DNA of 64,000 nt from Myxococcota bacterium (lineage in GTDB: Bacteria > Myxococcota > JACRCW01), in contig JBFMGU010000016.1 in the NCBI GenBank assembly GCA_040752415.1, positions 1-64,000 on the forward strand, read 5' to 3'. A model generated the notes under the pieces. The model had not been told where the DNA came from, did no database searches, and saw nothing but the letters and a program-made list of their open reading frames with translations. This document shows positions 18,323-28,544 of the stretch, one piece after another. Positions within the stretch are counted from its first letter, which is position 1, and each line of letters starts with the position of its first letter. The position numbers were made by a program, and so were the translations under genes.

Positions 18323-20920
18323 ATGATCACGCTTCCCGTTGATGCCCACCTGCCGGAGCTCGTCGAGCGGCTGCGCGGCGCCCAGAGCCTGGTGCTGCAA
18401 GCGGAGCCCGGTGCCGGCAAGACCACCCGCGTCCCCCCTGCCCTGCTCCCGCTCATTTCCGACGACAAGCTGGTGGTGGTGCTGGAGCCACGTCGACTGG
18501 CCGCGCGCATGGCGGCACGTCGAGTGGCCGAGGAGATGGGGACACGCGTGGGCGAGCTGGTGGGTTACCAGGTGCGCTTTGAGGACGTGGTCTCCGCCGC
18601 CACGCGCGTGAAGTTCGTGACCGAGGGAGTCCTCACGCGACAGCTGGCGCAGGATCCCAACCTGTCCCGCGTGGGCGCCGTGGTGCTCGACGAATTCCAC
18701 GAACGTCACCTGCAGACCGACGTGGCCCTGGGTCTGCTGGCGCGACTGCAACGCAGCACCCGTCGGGACCTCAAGCTGGTGGTGATGTCCGCGACAATGG
18801 ACGCCGGCCCGGTGGCGCGGTTCCTGGGTGATTGTCCGCAGATGAAGGTGCCGGGACGCGTGTTTCCCGTCGAGGTGGAATACGCCGCAAAGGAGGAGCC
18901 CGCGCAGAATCCCCGCCCGCTCGAGAGACAGGTGGCGGATGCGGTGCGTCGACTCCTGGAGCAAGGGCTGGATGGCGACGTGCTCGTGTTCCTGCCCGGC
19001 GCCGCGGAGATTCGGGCCGCGCGCGCGGCGTGCACCACGTTGGCGCAGCAACATGACCTGCTCATGCTCCCGCTGCACGGTGACCTGACGCCGGAAGAGC
19101 AGGACCAGGCGGTGCGCCCGTCCAGGAAGCGCAAGCTCATCCTGTCCACCAACGTCGCGGAGACGTCGGTCACCATCGACGGTGTCGTGGCCATCATTGA
19201 CAGCGGGCTGGCGCGGATTGCCGGGCACGCGTCGTGGTCGGGGTTGGCGACGTTGAAGCTGGGGCGCATCAGTCGGGCGAGCGCCACGCAGCGTGCGGGT
19301 CGTGCGGGGCGTACGCGGCCGGGACGCTGCATCCGCCTGTACACGCGCCATGACCACGACACGCGTCCCGAGCACACGCCGCCCGAGGTCAAGCGCATGG
19401 ACCTCTCCGAGACCGCGCTGCTCCTGCACGGCATGGGCGAGCGCGACCTGGCCGCGTTCCCCTGGTTCGAGACGCCCGACGCGTCGCAGCTGCAGGCCGC
19501 CTCGTCGTTGTTGCGGTTGTTGAATGCGGTCACCCCGGAGGGTGTGCTGACGCCGACGGGGAAGGACATGTTGCGCTTTCCGCTGCATCCGCGGCAGGCG
19601 CGCGTGCTGGTGGAAGCGGTGGCGCGTGGCTTCCGCGACGAGGGCTGCGTGGTGGCCGCGCTGCTGGGCGAGGTGGACATCTGGGCGTCCGAACGGCGCG
19701 GGTTGTCGACGACGACACGGTCACGCAAGAAGGACGTGCACGGCAGCGACGTGTTGGCGGCCTGGGAGGCGTTCGAGACCGCGCGAGCCGGGAACTTCAA
19801 CCCGCGCGACGTGGAGGCGCTGGGTTTGGACCCGGGCGTCGTGAGTCGCGTGGAGCGGGTGCGGAAGCAGCTGGCCGGGATTGCGCGCAATGTGAATCCA
19901 CCGAGACAGGGCGCTTCCGACGAGGACACCGCGTTGGGGATGGCCATCCTGGCGGGATACGCCGACCGCGTGGCGCAGCGACGGAAGGGGCCGGCCGCGC
20001 GCGCGGATGTGCCGGAGTTCCTCCTCGCCACCGGGGGGACCGCGCGGCTGGCGCCGTGGAGTCAGGTGGCGGACAGCCCGCTGCTGGTGGCGTTGGACGC
20101 GGAAGACCGCACGGGCGGGAAGCAGGACGGCGTGCGCATCTCCCGCGCGAGCGCGATTGAGCCGGAGTGGCTGCTGGATGTTGTCCCGGATGCGCTGCAG
20201 GACAGCGTCGACGTGGAATGGAACGCGCAGGCCCAGCGGGTGGACTGCTTCAGCCGCTTGCGATTGTTCCAGCTGGTTCTCGAGGAGACGCGCGTGGATC
20301 ACAGCGACGACCCGCGTGTTGCGGAGACGTTGGCCAAGGCCGCCCTATCCATGGGCGTTGCGGCGTTCTGTGACCCGGAGGAACTGGAACACCTGCGCGC
20401 GCGCATTGGTACCCTGCGCGAGATCATGCCGGAGCTGGGGTTTCCTTCCCTCGACGACAACGCGCTGAAGGACGCCATGCGTCGTCACTGCGAAGGGCGA
20501 CGGACCATCGCCGAGCTGAAGGAGGTTTCCTTCGTCGACACGTTGGTGGCGGAACTGACGCCGGCACAACGACAGGCGCTTGAAGCGCAGGCGCCGCAGA
20601 GCATCCGGCTTCCCGGTGGGAGGAAGTGCACCGTGCACTACGTGGCGGGACAACCGCCCTGGGTGGAGTCGCGGTTGCAGGATTTCTTTGGGATGCGGGA
20701 AGCGCCGCGCATCATGAACGGTCGACAGAAGCTGAACATGCACCTGCTGGCGCCCAACCAGCGCGCGGTGCAGATCACCGACGATCTCGCAGGCTTCTGG
20801 CAGCGACACTACCCGGCCATCCGCAAGGAGCTGATGCGGAAGTATCCGCGGCATTCGTGGCCGGAGGACCCCGTGACGGCAACGCCGCCACAGCCGGGAC
20901 AGCGCGCGCGCTCGTCGTGA
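18323..20920 (+). CDS. hrpB: ATP-dependent RNA helicase HrpB
   Basis: AEPGAGKTT, LEPRRLAAR, DEFHER, MSAT, STNVAETSVTIDG, QRAGRAGR and the HrpB C-terminus RLQDFFG...LLAPNQRAVQIT..L.GFW...YPRHSWPEDP. Start placed at ATG 18323. Confidence 0.95.
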   Translation: MITLPVDAHLPELVERLRGAQSLVLQAEPGAGKTTRVPPALLPLISDDKLVVVLEPRRLAARMAARRVAEEMGTRVGELVGYQVRFEDVVSAATRVKFVTEGVLTRQLAQDPNLSRVGAVVLDEFHERHLQTDVALGLLARLQRSTRRDLKLVVMSATMDAGPVARFLGDCPQMKVPGRVFPVEVEYAAKEEPAQNPRPLERQVADAVRRLLEQGLDGDVLVFLPGAAEIRAARAACTTLAQQHDLLMLPLHGDLTPEEQDQAVRPSRKRKLILSTNVAETSVTIDGVVAIIDSGLARIAGHASWSGLATLKLGRISRASATQRAGRAGRTRPGRCIRLYTRHDHDTRPEHTPPEVKRMDLSETALLLHGMGERDLAAFPWFETPDASQLQAASSLLRLLNAVTPEGVLTPTGKDMLRFPLHPRQARVLVEAVARGFRDEGCVVAALLGEVDIWASERRGLSTTTRSRKKDVHGSDVLAAWEAFETARAGNFNPRDVEALGLDPGVVSRVERVRKQLAGIARNVNPPRQGASDEDTALGMAILAGYADRVAQRRKGPAARADVPEFLLATGGTARLAPWSQVADSPLLVALDAEDRTGGKQDGVRISRASAIEPEWLLDVVPDALQDSVDVEWNAQAQRVDCFSRLRLFQLVLEETRVDHSDDPRVAETLAKAALSMGVAAFCDPEELEHLRARIGTLREIMPELGFPSLDDNALKDAMRRHCEGRRTIAELKEVSFVDTLVAELTPAQRQALEAQAPQSIRLPGGRKCTVHYVAGQPPWVESRLQDFFGMREAPRIMNGRQKLNMHLLAPNQRAVQITDDLAGFWQRHYPAIRKELMRKYPRHSWPEDPVTATPPQPGQRARSS

Positions 20921-20933
20921 CGGGCGGCAGCGT

Positions 20934-23069
20934 TCAACCGCGTCGACGCACCCGTCGGAGCCCAAGCACCACGGCGAACGCGAGGTACAGCGCGCTCTCG
21001 CCGACGTCGCTGCGAGCGGTTTCACACGCGCACACGGGCTGAGCGGGGTCTTCGGGGTCGGGGCCGGGCGGGGTGCTGGTGCCGCCGTCCTCGGTGGAGA
21101 CACCGCCCGCGTCCGCGCGGCCTGCGTCACGACGACCAGCATCCGGGCGGACACCCGCGTCTTCACGCACGGCAGCGTCGGGAACGTTGGCATCCGGCGT
21201 CACCGCGCCGTCGGGAGGGGTGGCGGCATCGGGCACGCTGGCGTCGGTGCCGGGCTGGCCAGCGTCAGCTTCGGGCGTTGCAGCGTCGGTGCCGGGAATC
21301 GCGGCGTCCGTCGTCACGCCTGCATCTCCAACGACGACACCAGCGTCGAAGATCTCCACACCCGCGTCGGACCCAGGCGTGCCTGCGTCGGGCTCCGGCG
21401 GAACCGTGGCATCGATGCCGGGCGAAGCGTCGACGACAATCGCGGCGTCGGAAACCGCCTGACCTGCATCAAGGGCAACCGCGCCGTCGACGGGAATGCC
21501 GGCATCCACGGGGGAACCCGCGTCGGGCGGCGGCGGAACCTCCTCGAGTAGCAACTCGAATGCACCACGCGCGTTCTCCGGCGAGGTGACCTGCAGGATC
21601 AGTGTACGCGCCGAAGTGTCCGATGCGATGAGCAGCGTCTCCGGCTGGCCCGCCAGCTGCGCATCCACCGCCATCATGCATGCACCGGCGCACCCGTCGT
21701 CGTGAAGGACGATCTGGACGTTGGCACTGCCCGTCGGCGTCACGGTGACCCGGTATTCCATCCCGGGTGCCAGTGAGATGCGGTAGAACAGGTCCGGCCC
21801 CGCCCAGTCCGACGAGCCCGTGCAGCTTGCCAGCGTCTCCGTGCTGTCGATCGCGGATGCCAGGTCTCCGCTCGTCGTCGACGCGACGGTGACGTCCTCC
21901 GGCGTGTTGCACACCATGCCCGGCACCACGTCGACGCAGCTTCCCACCGAGCACACACCGGCGCCGCCATTGCACGTCGTTCCAATCGGTGACGTCGTGT
22001 ACTGGCAGCCGGCGCTCGGGTCGCAGCTGTCCGCGGAACAGGGATCCCCGTCATCGCAGCTCACCGTCACCGGCGGGTCCGTGGACGTGACGCACTCCAG
22101 CGCGGTCAGGTCCGACGTGTACTCGTAACGACCCGAAAGCTCGCACACGCTCGTTCCCGTCGGAGCGCACGGAAGACCGTGGTTGTCGAAGCCCTCGTCG
22201 GTGGTGCCGTTGCAGTCGTCATCCAGGGTGTTGCCGCCGAGCTCGGGCGAGGTCGGTGTGATGATCGGTGCGTCGCACAGCGGCTGCAGCGTGTTGACGT
22301 CGCACGTCGTGAACCCGCTGTCCGTGCAAACGCCAAGGCCGTTGGTACAGCCCGTGGCAATCCCCGGAATTCCCGCGCACGCCGACGGAATCACGCTCAC
22401 CACGAAACGCACCGTCGTCTCCATTGGCGGAAGACCGGCGAGGACCTCAATGACCTGGCGGCCAACCACAGCGTCCGTGGCCTGGAACGTCACCACCCCG
22501 GTGAACGGATGCACGCTGGCTCCCGACGGCATCTGCAGCGGGGAGAACTCAATGGCCAGGTCCCCACCCACGCTGCTGCTCGGTGCGGAAATGAGCGTCT
22601 CGCCGTTCCACGCCACCGTTTCCAGCTGCACCGTGAGCGTCTGACCCGCGATGATGACCTGGTTGTCGACGGGGAAGATCGTGATGTACGCGCCCGGCCG
22701 GTGCGCCAGGTCCAACCGACGCACACTGCCCTTGCTGAGCGGAACACCACTCTCGACGGGATCGTCATTCACCGTGATGCGCAGCGGGTCGGTGATCGCC
22801 GGACCGGTCACACCGTCACCGGCGGGCACGTCCAGCACGTAGTAGTCACCGCGCGTGCCCAGCGTCATCGAGGCAACTTCGACTTCACCGTTGGGACCGC
22901 GCCACAGCGCTTTTACCGTCGTGTTCGTGAACTCCGGGTCCACTTGGGTGAGCACCACGCCGTCGCGGACCACGTTGCCGAAGAGGCGGAACGGTGTGTC
23001 CGGTCGCGTCTGCGCCAGTGCCGCGGAGGTGAGCAGAAGGCTCGCAAGCGTTGCATGCATGGCTTTCAT
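20934..23069 (-). CDS. MYXO-CTERM-anchored Cys-rich surface protein (last gene of the RHS operon)
   Basis: Signal peptide; Ig-like segment; DDDCNGTTDEG and CDDGDPCSADSCD Cys repeats; long DAG/PDA linker; C-terminal CAC + TM + RRVRRRG. Start ATG 23069 overlaps the upstream TGA (TGATG). Confidence 0.85.
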   Translation of the reverse strand: MKAMHATLASLLLTSAALAQTRPDTPFRLFGNVVRDGVVLTQVDPEFTNTTVKALWRGPNGEVEVASMTLGTRGDYYVLDVPAGDGVTGPAITDPLRITVNDDPVESGVPLSKGSVRRLDLAHRPGAYITIFPVDNQVIIAGQTLTVQLETVAWNGETLISAPSSSVGGDLAIEFSPLQMPSGASVHPFTGVVTFQATDAVVGRQVIEVLAGLPPMETTVRFVVSVIPSACAGIPGIATGCTNGLGVCTDSGFTTCDVNTLQPLCDAPIITPTSPELGGNTLDDDCNGTTDEGFDNHGLPCAPTGTSVCELSGRYEYTSDLTALECVTSTDPPVTVSCDDGDPCSADSCDPSAGCQYTTSPIGTTCNGGAGVCSVGSCVDVVPGMVCNTPEDVTVASTTSGDLASAIDSTETLASCTGSSDWAGPDLFYRISLAPGMEYRVTVTPTGSANVQIVLHDDGCAGACMMAVDAQLAGQPETLLIASDTSARTLILQVTSPENARGAFELLLEEVPPPPDAGSPVDAGIPVDGAVALDAGQAVSDAAIVVDASPGIDATVPPEPDAGTPGSDAGVEIFDAGVVVGDAGVTTDAAIPGTDAATPEADAGQPGTDASVPDAATPPDGAVTPDANVPDAAVREDAGVRPDAGRRDAGRADAGGVSTEDGGTSTPPGPDPEDPAQPVCACETARSDVGESALYLAFAVVLGLRRVRRRG

Positions 23070-24322
23070 CACCACCCCCGCTCCGTGGACATGTAGACGT
23101 AGTACGCGCGGCCGGGCTCGATGCTGCCGAGGTCATTCACTTCCGCGGGAACACCGGGCTTGTAACAGCGCCAGGTCTGCGTGGCCTCGTCATAGCCCCA
23201 CACCGCACGCACCGAGCCCGTCATCGGGTCCACGATGTCTTGCACCAACCGCGAATCGAGGTCGCGATATCCGACGATGTTCCAGCCCGGTAGCAACCGG
23301 ATCTCATCCACCGCCCAACCGCCTTCAACCGTGATGGTGGCCGGCGCGGTGGCGAGGACGAAGTAGCCCTGGTTCACGTTGATGGTCGTGAGCGTGCCGG
23401 TGTTGGCGACGAGGTCCCGGTAGACCCACTGGCCATTCACCTGCGTCCACACCTCGGTGACGTCGGGTGCGGCGGCGGCGAAGACGGTTTCCACACTGCG
23501 GTCCGACGGCTCCACCTGGAATGCGACGAGATTCCAACCGGGATTGAGCGTCACCTGCTGCGAGAACGGCTCCAGCGTGGTGGCCACGCCATCAACGACC
23601 GCGGGGAGCTTCCACGCGCGCGTCCTGACGTCGTCATGCGCGGCAATGGTCTGCAGGCGGACCGTTTCACCGCCGTTGATGCGCAGGGACTCATGCGTCT
23701 GCGACGAGAACACGTTGCTCAGGTCCACCCCCGCCACGCCGCCCCGTGAACCATCACCCACGTACACGCTGACGGGCGCCGCGCCCCCCTCGACGTCCGC
23801 GAGGACCACCGCCCCAGCGGGAGCGGGCGTCCCACGAGCCGCGGAGTCATGGAGGAGGAACGGGCTCTTCGTCGGCGCGCGCGTGTTGTCCGCGGTCTGG
23901 ACACGTTCAATGCGGGTTTCGGTCGTCGCGGAGAGGTACGGCGGGTTTTGCGGGAGGATGCTGACGGAGCCGGTGGCGTCGGAGGTGGCGCGCAGCTGGT
24001 AGTAGTACGTCGTGGTGGGGCTGAGGCCGGTCACGCGCAGCTTCCATACGCCGGCGGTGCGCGCGGGTTCCTGCAGGATGTCCGGGAGCGGCATCACGTC
24101 AACCTGCGCGGAACCAGCGGAGGCAAGCCCGCGGTCATCCAGGAAGATGCGCAGTTCCGGTGTGATGCGCTGGTCCGTGGTGAAGATGACGGAGAATGCG
24201 CTGGGCGTGACGTCGGAAACGCGGACGTTGCCGAGCGCTGGCGGCGCGGCCTGCGCGTACGACGTCCACGCGATCAGCATTCCGGTGGTCAGCCATGTTG
24301 CTCGTGCAAATGACATCATCAT
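23069..24322 (-). CDS. Secreted fibronectin type III protein with C-terminal LxxGWNL module
   Basis: Signal peptide ending AQA; FN3 (VRVSDVTPSAFSVIF...VTGLSPTTTYYYQL); LNPGWNLVAF and LLPGWNIVGY repeats. Start at the MMM run (24322-24316) after GAGG. Confidence 0.8.
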   Translation of the reverse strand: MMMSFARATWLTTGMLIAWTSYAQAAPPALGNVRVSDVTPSAFSVIFTTDQRITPELRIFLDDRGLASAGSAQVDVMPLPDILQEPARTAGVWKLRVTGLSPTTTYYYQLRATSDATGSVSILPQNPPYLSATTETRIERVQTADNTRAPTKSPFLLHDSAARGTPAPAGAVVLADVEGGAAPVSVYVGDGSRGGVAGVDLSNVFSSQTHESLRINGGETVRLQTIAAHDDVRTRAWKLPAVVDGVATTLEPFSQQVTLNPGWNLVAFQVEPSDRSVETVFAAAAPDVTEVWTQVNGQWVYRDLVANTGTLTTINVNQGYFVLATAPATITVEGGWAVDEIRLLPGWNIVGYRDLDSRLVQDIVDPMTGSVRAVWGYDEATQTWRCYKPGVPAEVNDLGSIEPGRAYYVYMSTERGW

Positions 24323-24332
24323 CCACCTCGTC

Positions 24333-25094
24333 TCACTGCCCGGTTCCGCAGCCGGGGCACTTCTCGGGAGGAGGCAAGCTGCTGCGCGCCTGCTTCCACA
24401 TCCGCCACGCTTCCACGCCGCCCTCCAACCAGAAGACCGCGGGCCCAACCTTCTGCTCTCGCAAGCGCGCCGCTTCCTCCGCCACACCGCGCCCCGTTGC
24501 GTTCACGACGACAACCGGCGTCCGCCACGTCACTTCCTTCGCCTTCGGCGCTGTCTTCGTCACGCGCGGCTTCGTCTGCGCACTCTTCAATGCCGTCGCC
24601 ATCTCCCCGTCGAGGTCCAGGATGACGGGTGTGACTTCCTTGCACCGCAGCAGTGCTTCCAGCTCCCGCGCGGTCAGCGCACCCGGCTCCATCACCGGGG
24701 ACGTGCTCTGGCGCATGCTGGGATCCTGCTGCTCCTCGACGGGCTGACCGGCCGCCACCCATGCTTCCATGCCGCCTTCCAGGACGCGCACGCGGGTGAA
24801 TCCATCCGCGCGCATGCGCTCAGCAAGCTCCATGGCGGGACACGGGTTGCCCTGTCCGTACAGGAGGACCACGTCGTGGCGCTTCAGGAAGGCGCGGTGG
24901 CGCGCTTCGGTGCCGGGCATGTGCAGCGACTCACGGATGTGGCCGCGGTTGAAATCGACATCGTCACGCGTGTCGATGACGCGCAGGTCATGGGCGGAAT
25001 CCTTGAGTTTCTCAGCCAGCGCGCTGGGGTCAATCCAGCCCTCATTCGGGCTCGCGACCGCGGCAAGCAAAAGGAGACCGACGTGCAAAGGCAT
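24333..25094 (-). CDS. Exported tandem rhodanese-like protein lacking the canonical catalytic Cys
   Basis: VIDTRDDVDFNRGHI...LEGGMEAW and a second LEGGVEAW; N-terminal hydrophobic stretch; C-terminal CPGC; ATG 25094 overlaps the upstream TGA (TGATG). Confidence 0.8.
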   Translation of the reverse strand: MPLHVGLLLLAAVASPNEGWIDPSALAEKLKDSAHDLRVIDTRDDVDFNRGHIRESLHMPGTEARHRAFLKRHDVVLLYGQGNPCPAMELAERMRADGFTRVRVLEGGMEAWVAAGQPVEEQQDPSMRQSTSPVMEPGALTARELEALLRCKEVTPVILDLDGEMATALKSAQTKPRVTKTAPKAKEVTWRTPVVVVNATGRGVAEEAARLREQKVGPAVFWLEGGVEAWRMWKQARSSLPPPEKCPGCGTGQ

Positions 25095-28000
25095 CACGGC
25101 CTCCATCCCGCGACGGGTTGAGCCATGGTCACCCACAGGCCTTCACCGCTGCGCAGATTGAAGTTCGGTCCCAGCAACTCCGCGTTGTTCACAGCGGCGG
25201 TCTCAAACGCGCCCGTCCGACGGTTGAACCGCTGCAGCGACACCACGTTTGCCTCACCCAACGACGACACCACGTCCCACGCCCGCAAACCGTACGGGAA
25301 ACTCGCCAACCCGAGGCCATTGGCCCCAGCAACGAGGTCCACCGCAGGCCGCGGTCCCAACCCATCCACTTCCAGGATGCCCTCTCCGTCGGATTCCACC
25401 ACCAGCGTCTGATTGCCTTCGAGCGGGAAGTCGTCGCCCATGGGGGAACCATTCTCGATCCACGCGCTCTTGAACGTCTGCAGGGACGAATCCAGTTGCC
25501 GCACACCGACGACACCGAATTGCTGTTGCCACGCCGTCAGCAGCGCATGCGCGGTGAGATGCTCGAGAGCAACACTCTCGGGGAGGGCCAGCAGGTTGTA
25601 ACCCTGACGGAAGGCGAGCGTGAGGTCGGGCAGAGTGACCTCGGACCATTTCACCTGCCAGAATCCGTCGACGAGCTCCTGCCACACCAACTTGTCGCCG
25701 TGGACGCGGGCGTGGCGTTGGTCGGAAGCGTTGCGTTCCCAGTTCGTGCCGGTTCCCGCGAGCGGGTCGCCGACGAGAAGGTCACCCTGCGCTTCCGCGC
25801 CTGTCGCAATGGCGACGTAGCGGCCGTCGATCGCGTCCGGATCGTTGACCAGGTCGGAACCGTACGTGAGACGGGTGACGCGCTGGGTGCTGCGGTCATA
25901 CGCGTACAGCGTCTCACCGCCGTGACGGTTGTCCACCCAGACAATCACCTCATTGGTCACCACCGGGTTCAGCTGGTCACTCTCGGGAAGGACGGTGATG
26001 CGCGTTTCCGTCGTCGTCGACAGGTCCATGGCGTAGACCTCCGCGCGACCGTGACGGTAGTCCTCCCAGACCACGCTGCTGCCCGCGGCTCGCGGCTTCA
26101 CCTGGTCACGCTCGTGACTGGTCACCTGCGTCGTCGTGCCGGTGGTGAGGCTGTAGGCGTAGATGTCGATGTTCCCGTTGATGTTGCTCTCATAGACGAG
26201 CCAATCGTCGGACAGCGACGGATTCGTCTGGTCGCCCGGCTGTGCCAGCACCGTCGTCGCCAAGGTGAGACGGTCGTGGATGACGACGTCCAGGTCGCCG
26301 TTGCGGTTGTCCACCCAGGCAATGTGCTCGGTGGAAATCACCGGTGACGTCTGGTCCGAGGCGAAAGGCGCGATGAACGTGGCGCTTCCGCTCAGCACGT
26401 CCTCGTGACGAATCTGCCAGCGGCCGGTTCGATCGTCGGCCCAAACGACGTCGTCACCGTGGATGGACGGGCTCTGCTGGTTCGCGCTGGCCAGCGGGTC
26501 CACCGGCTCACTCTGGCGCGCGGCCTTCACCTGCACCGTGAACACCGGCGAAATGCGCTCATGCGCGGGACGGTCTTCCGTCGCCACCTGGTCGTAGATG
26601 CCATCGCGGAAGGTCACATGCACCGAATACGTGCCGGGGGCCACCAGACCACCAAAGTCATCCCGACCGTCCCAGGTGACCGCGCTGGTCGTGCCCGGCG
26701 TCGCAATCCCAGTGCGGTGCGCCACGACGGGAAGTCCGCTGAACTCACCCGTTCCCGCCGCGATCTCCAGCTGCGCGTAGACCGGGCCGCAGACATCATC
26801 CACGCGGTAACTGAGCCGAGTCGTGTTGCTTGCCAGCGCCTCGTCTTCGCCGGGAGTAAATTGCGGCGGGTCGGCATAGACGGTCTGAACAATGGGCGGG
26901 TTGTCGTCGACGATCACATCCAGGAAGCGTGGGGGTTCGTCGTTACCGGCCAGGTCGCGGCCGTAGTAGTGGATGCGGTGCTGGCCTTCCGTCACGCTGG
27001 GCCGCAGCTCGAAGCGGAACGGGTTGATCGCCGCGAAGTAGGCGCCCAAGTCCGACGCATTCCCGTCGATCTGCATGAACAGGTTCGGCACCGGCCCTTC
27101 CGCATCCTGCGCGACGAAGATGTGGTTGGTCTTCCTCGTCACACACACCGGCGTTCCGGTCAGCGTCTTCGGCTCCGCAACCTCGATGCGCGTCTCCGGC
27201 GGGCTGAAGTCCGGCACCGGCACCATCTCGTACGTCACCGTGTACGCGCCCGTGGACTCGATATCGAACAGGTTCAGTCCGTAGCGATAACTGTGCGTGG
27301 CCGGGATGTACTCCTTGCTCAGCCACACGTTCGCCTCGTTGATGACCTTCCCGTCGGAGCGCGTGGCGCCGACGAGGCGACGCGTACCCGCCATCGGGTC
27401 CGTCACTCGGATGTAGCTTGGTCCGCCGATGACCACGCTGGCCGTCAATGTGACATGGGGATTGTCCACCGTCGGAGAGCGGTCCAACTGCGCGACGCCG
27501 GGTTGCCCTTCGCCATAGGAAAGGACCACGGTCTCGACGTTGTCCGACTCGTACACGATGAGGTCGGTGCTCGGAGTGTTGGTCACCGTGGCGAGGAAGT
27601 CCTTCACCGTGTCGCGACCGGGGAGGTCCACGAGCACGTCGTGGATGAGGTAGTGGGCGTTGGTGGCCTCAATGAGGCTGGTGAGCTCGCCGCCCAGGTT
27701 GTCGTCGTGAGTGAAGCTGACGTTGAACTCGATGAAGCGGCCCGAGAGCGTGGACACCATGATCCACCGCGCATTGCGCGCCTCGTCGTTGGGCAGGTCA
27801 CCGAAGTCTGCCAGCAGCGAGTTCTGGGTCGTCACGCCGCTCACTTCCGTGGCGAGGATGCGGAAATCCACGAGCAGACCGAGCTGGTTCTCGACGATGC
27901 GCGGCTGCGCGGATTGGATCTTGAGCTTACGCGCGGGTCCGTAGCCGTGGTTCTTCACACGCACACCGAGGGTGTAGGGCTCCGGCGCCTCCTGCTGCGG

Positions 28001-28534
28001 CGTGTACGGGTCGTCGCCGTTGACGTACTCGGGCTCGAAGTAGTCGAGGGTGAGCAGCGGCATGGGCTGCACGTTGATGGCGTCCGGCACCACCTCGACG
28101 GTCTGCGTCTTCCCCGCCACCGTGTACGTGAGTGTTGCACCGACGAGGAAGTTCGCTCCCGCGGGCGTGGTTCCACCGGCGCCGAAGGAAGGAATCATCA
28201 GCCAATGGATGTCGGCCTTCCCGTTGGCGGCGACGGAGCCGCTGCCGTCGGGTGCGCCGCTGAGTCCTTCCTGGCTGTCCAGGCGGATGAAGAACTCGTT
28301 ACCGCGGTTGGCGCCGGTCTCGTCGGCAACCGAGATGTCCACGCGGATTCCGCTGATGGATTCCGCGAGCCCGTTGGTGATCTCCATCCGCGCGTCAAAG
28401 GCCTGACGTTCGAACGTGACCTCCTGCAGGATCTCGATCTTCACGGATGCACACGTGGCCCGCGCCGTCGACGCATCCAACAGCGTCAGCGCCGTCAACG
28501 TGAATCCCAGAGCAGCTTTGGTCATCGCTTTCAT
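25094..28534 (-). CDS. Large secreted multidomain protein (conserved N-domain, Ig/FlgD-like domains, TolB-like beta-propeller repeats)
   Basis: Signal peptide MKAMTKAALGFTLTALTLLDASTARA; N-domain CASVKIEILQEVTFERQAFDA; WDGRDDFGGLVAPGTY (FlgD-like); repeats Q..P.I....VW.D.R.G..DI; C-terminal GYNLLALP module. Confidence 0.85.
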   Translation of the reverse strand: MKAMTKAALGFTLTALTLLDASTARATCASVKIEILQEVTFERQAFDARMEITNGLAESISGIRVDISVADETGANRGNEFFIRLDSQEGLSGAPDGSGSVAANGKADIHWLMIPSFGAGGTTPAGANFLVGATLTYTVAGKTQTVEVVPDAINVQPMPLLTLDYFEPEYVNGDDPYTPQQEAPEPYTLGVRVKNHGYGPARKLKIQSAQPRIVENQLGLLVDFRILATEVSGVTTQNSLLADFGDLPNDEARNARWIMVSTLSGRFIEFNVSFTHDDNLGGELTSLIEATNAHYLIHDVLVDLPGRDTVKDFLATVTNTPSTDLIVYESDNVETVVLSYGEGQPGVAQLDRSPTVDNPHVTLTASVVIGGPSYIRVTDPMAGTRRLVGATRSDGKVINEANVWLSKEYIPATHSYRYGLNLFDIESTGAYTVTYEMVPVPDFSPPETRIEVAEPKTLTGTPVCVTRKTNHIFVAQDAEGPVPNLFMQIDGNASDLGAYFAAINPFRFELRPSVTEGQHRIHYYGRDLAGNDEPPRFLDVIVDDNPPIVQTVYADPPQFTPGEDEALASNTTRLSYRVDDVCGPVYAQLEIAAGTGEFSGLPVVAHRTGIATPGTTSAVTWDGRDDFGGLVAPGTYSVHVTFRDGIYDQVATEDRPAHERISPVFTVQVKAARQSEPVDPLASANQQSPSIHGDDVVWADDRTGRWQIRHEDVLSGSATFIAPFASDQTSPVISTEHIAWVDNRNGDLDVVIHDRLTLATTVLAQPGDQTNPSLSDDWLVYESNINGNIDIYAYSLTTGTTTQVTSHERDQVKPRAAGSSVVWEDYRHGRAEVYAMDLSTTTETRITVLPESDQLNPVVTNEVIVWVDNRHGGETLYAYDRSTQRVTRLTYGSDLVNDPDAIDGRYVAIATGAEAQGDLLVGDPLAGTGTNWERNASDQRHARVHGDKLVWQELVDGFWQVKWSEVTLPDLTLAFRQGYNLLALPESVALEHLTAHALLTAWQQQFGVVGVRQLDSSLQTFKSAWIENGSPMGDDFPLEGNQTLVVESDGEGILEVDGLGPRPAVDLVAGANGLGLASFPYGLRAWDVVSSLGEANVVSLQRFNRRTGAFETAAVNNAELLGPNFNLRSGEGLWVTMAQPVAGWRP

Positions 28535-28544
28535 GCCTGCCCTC

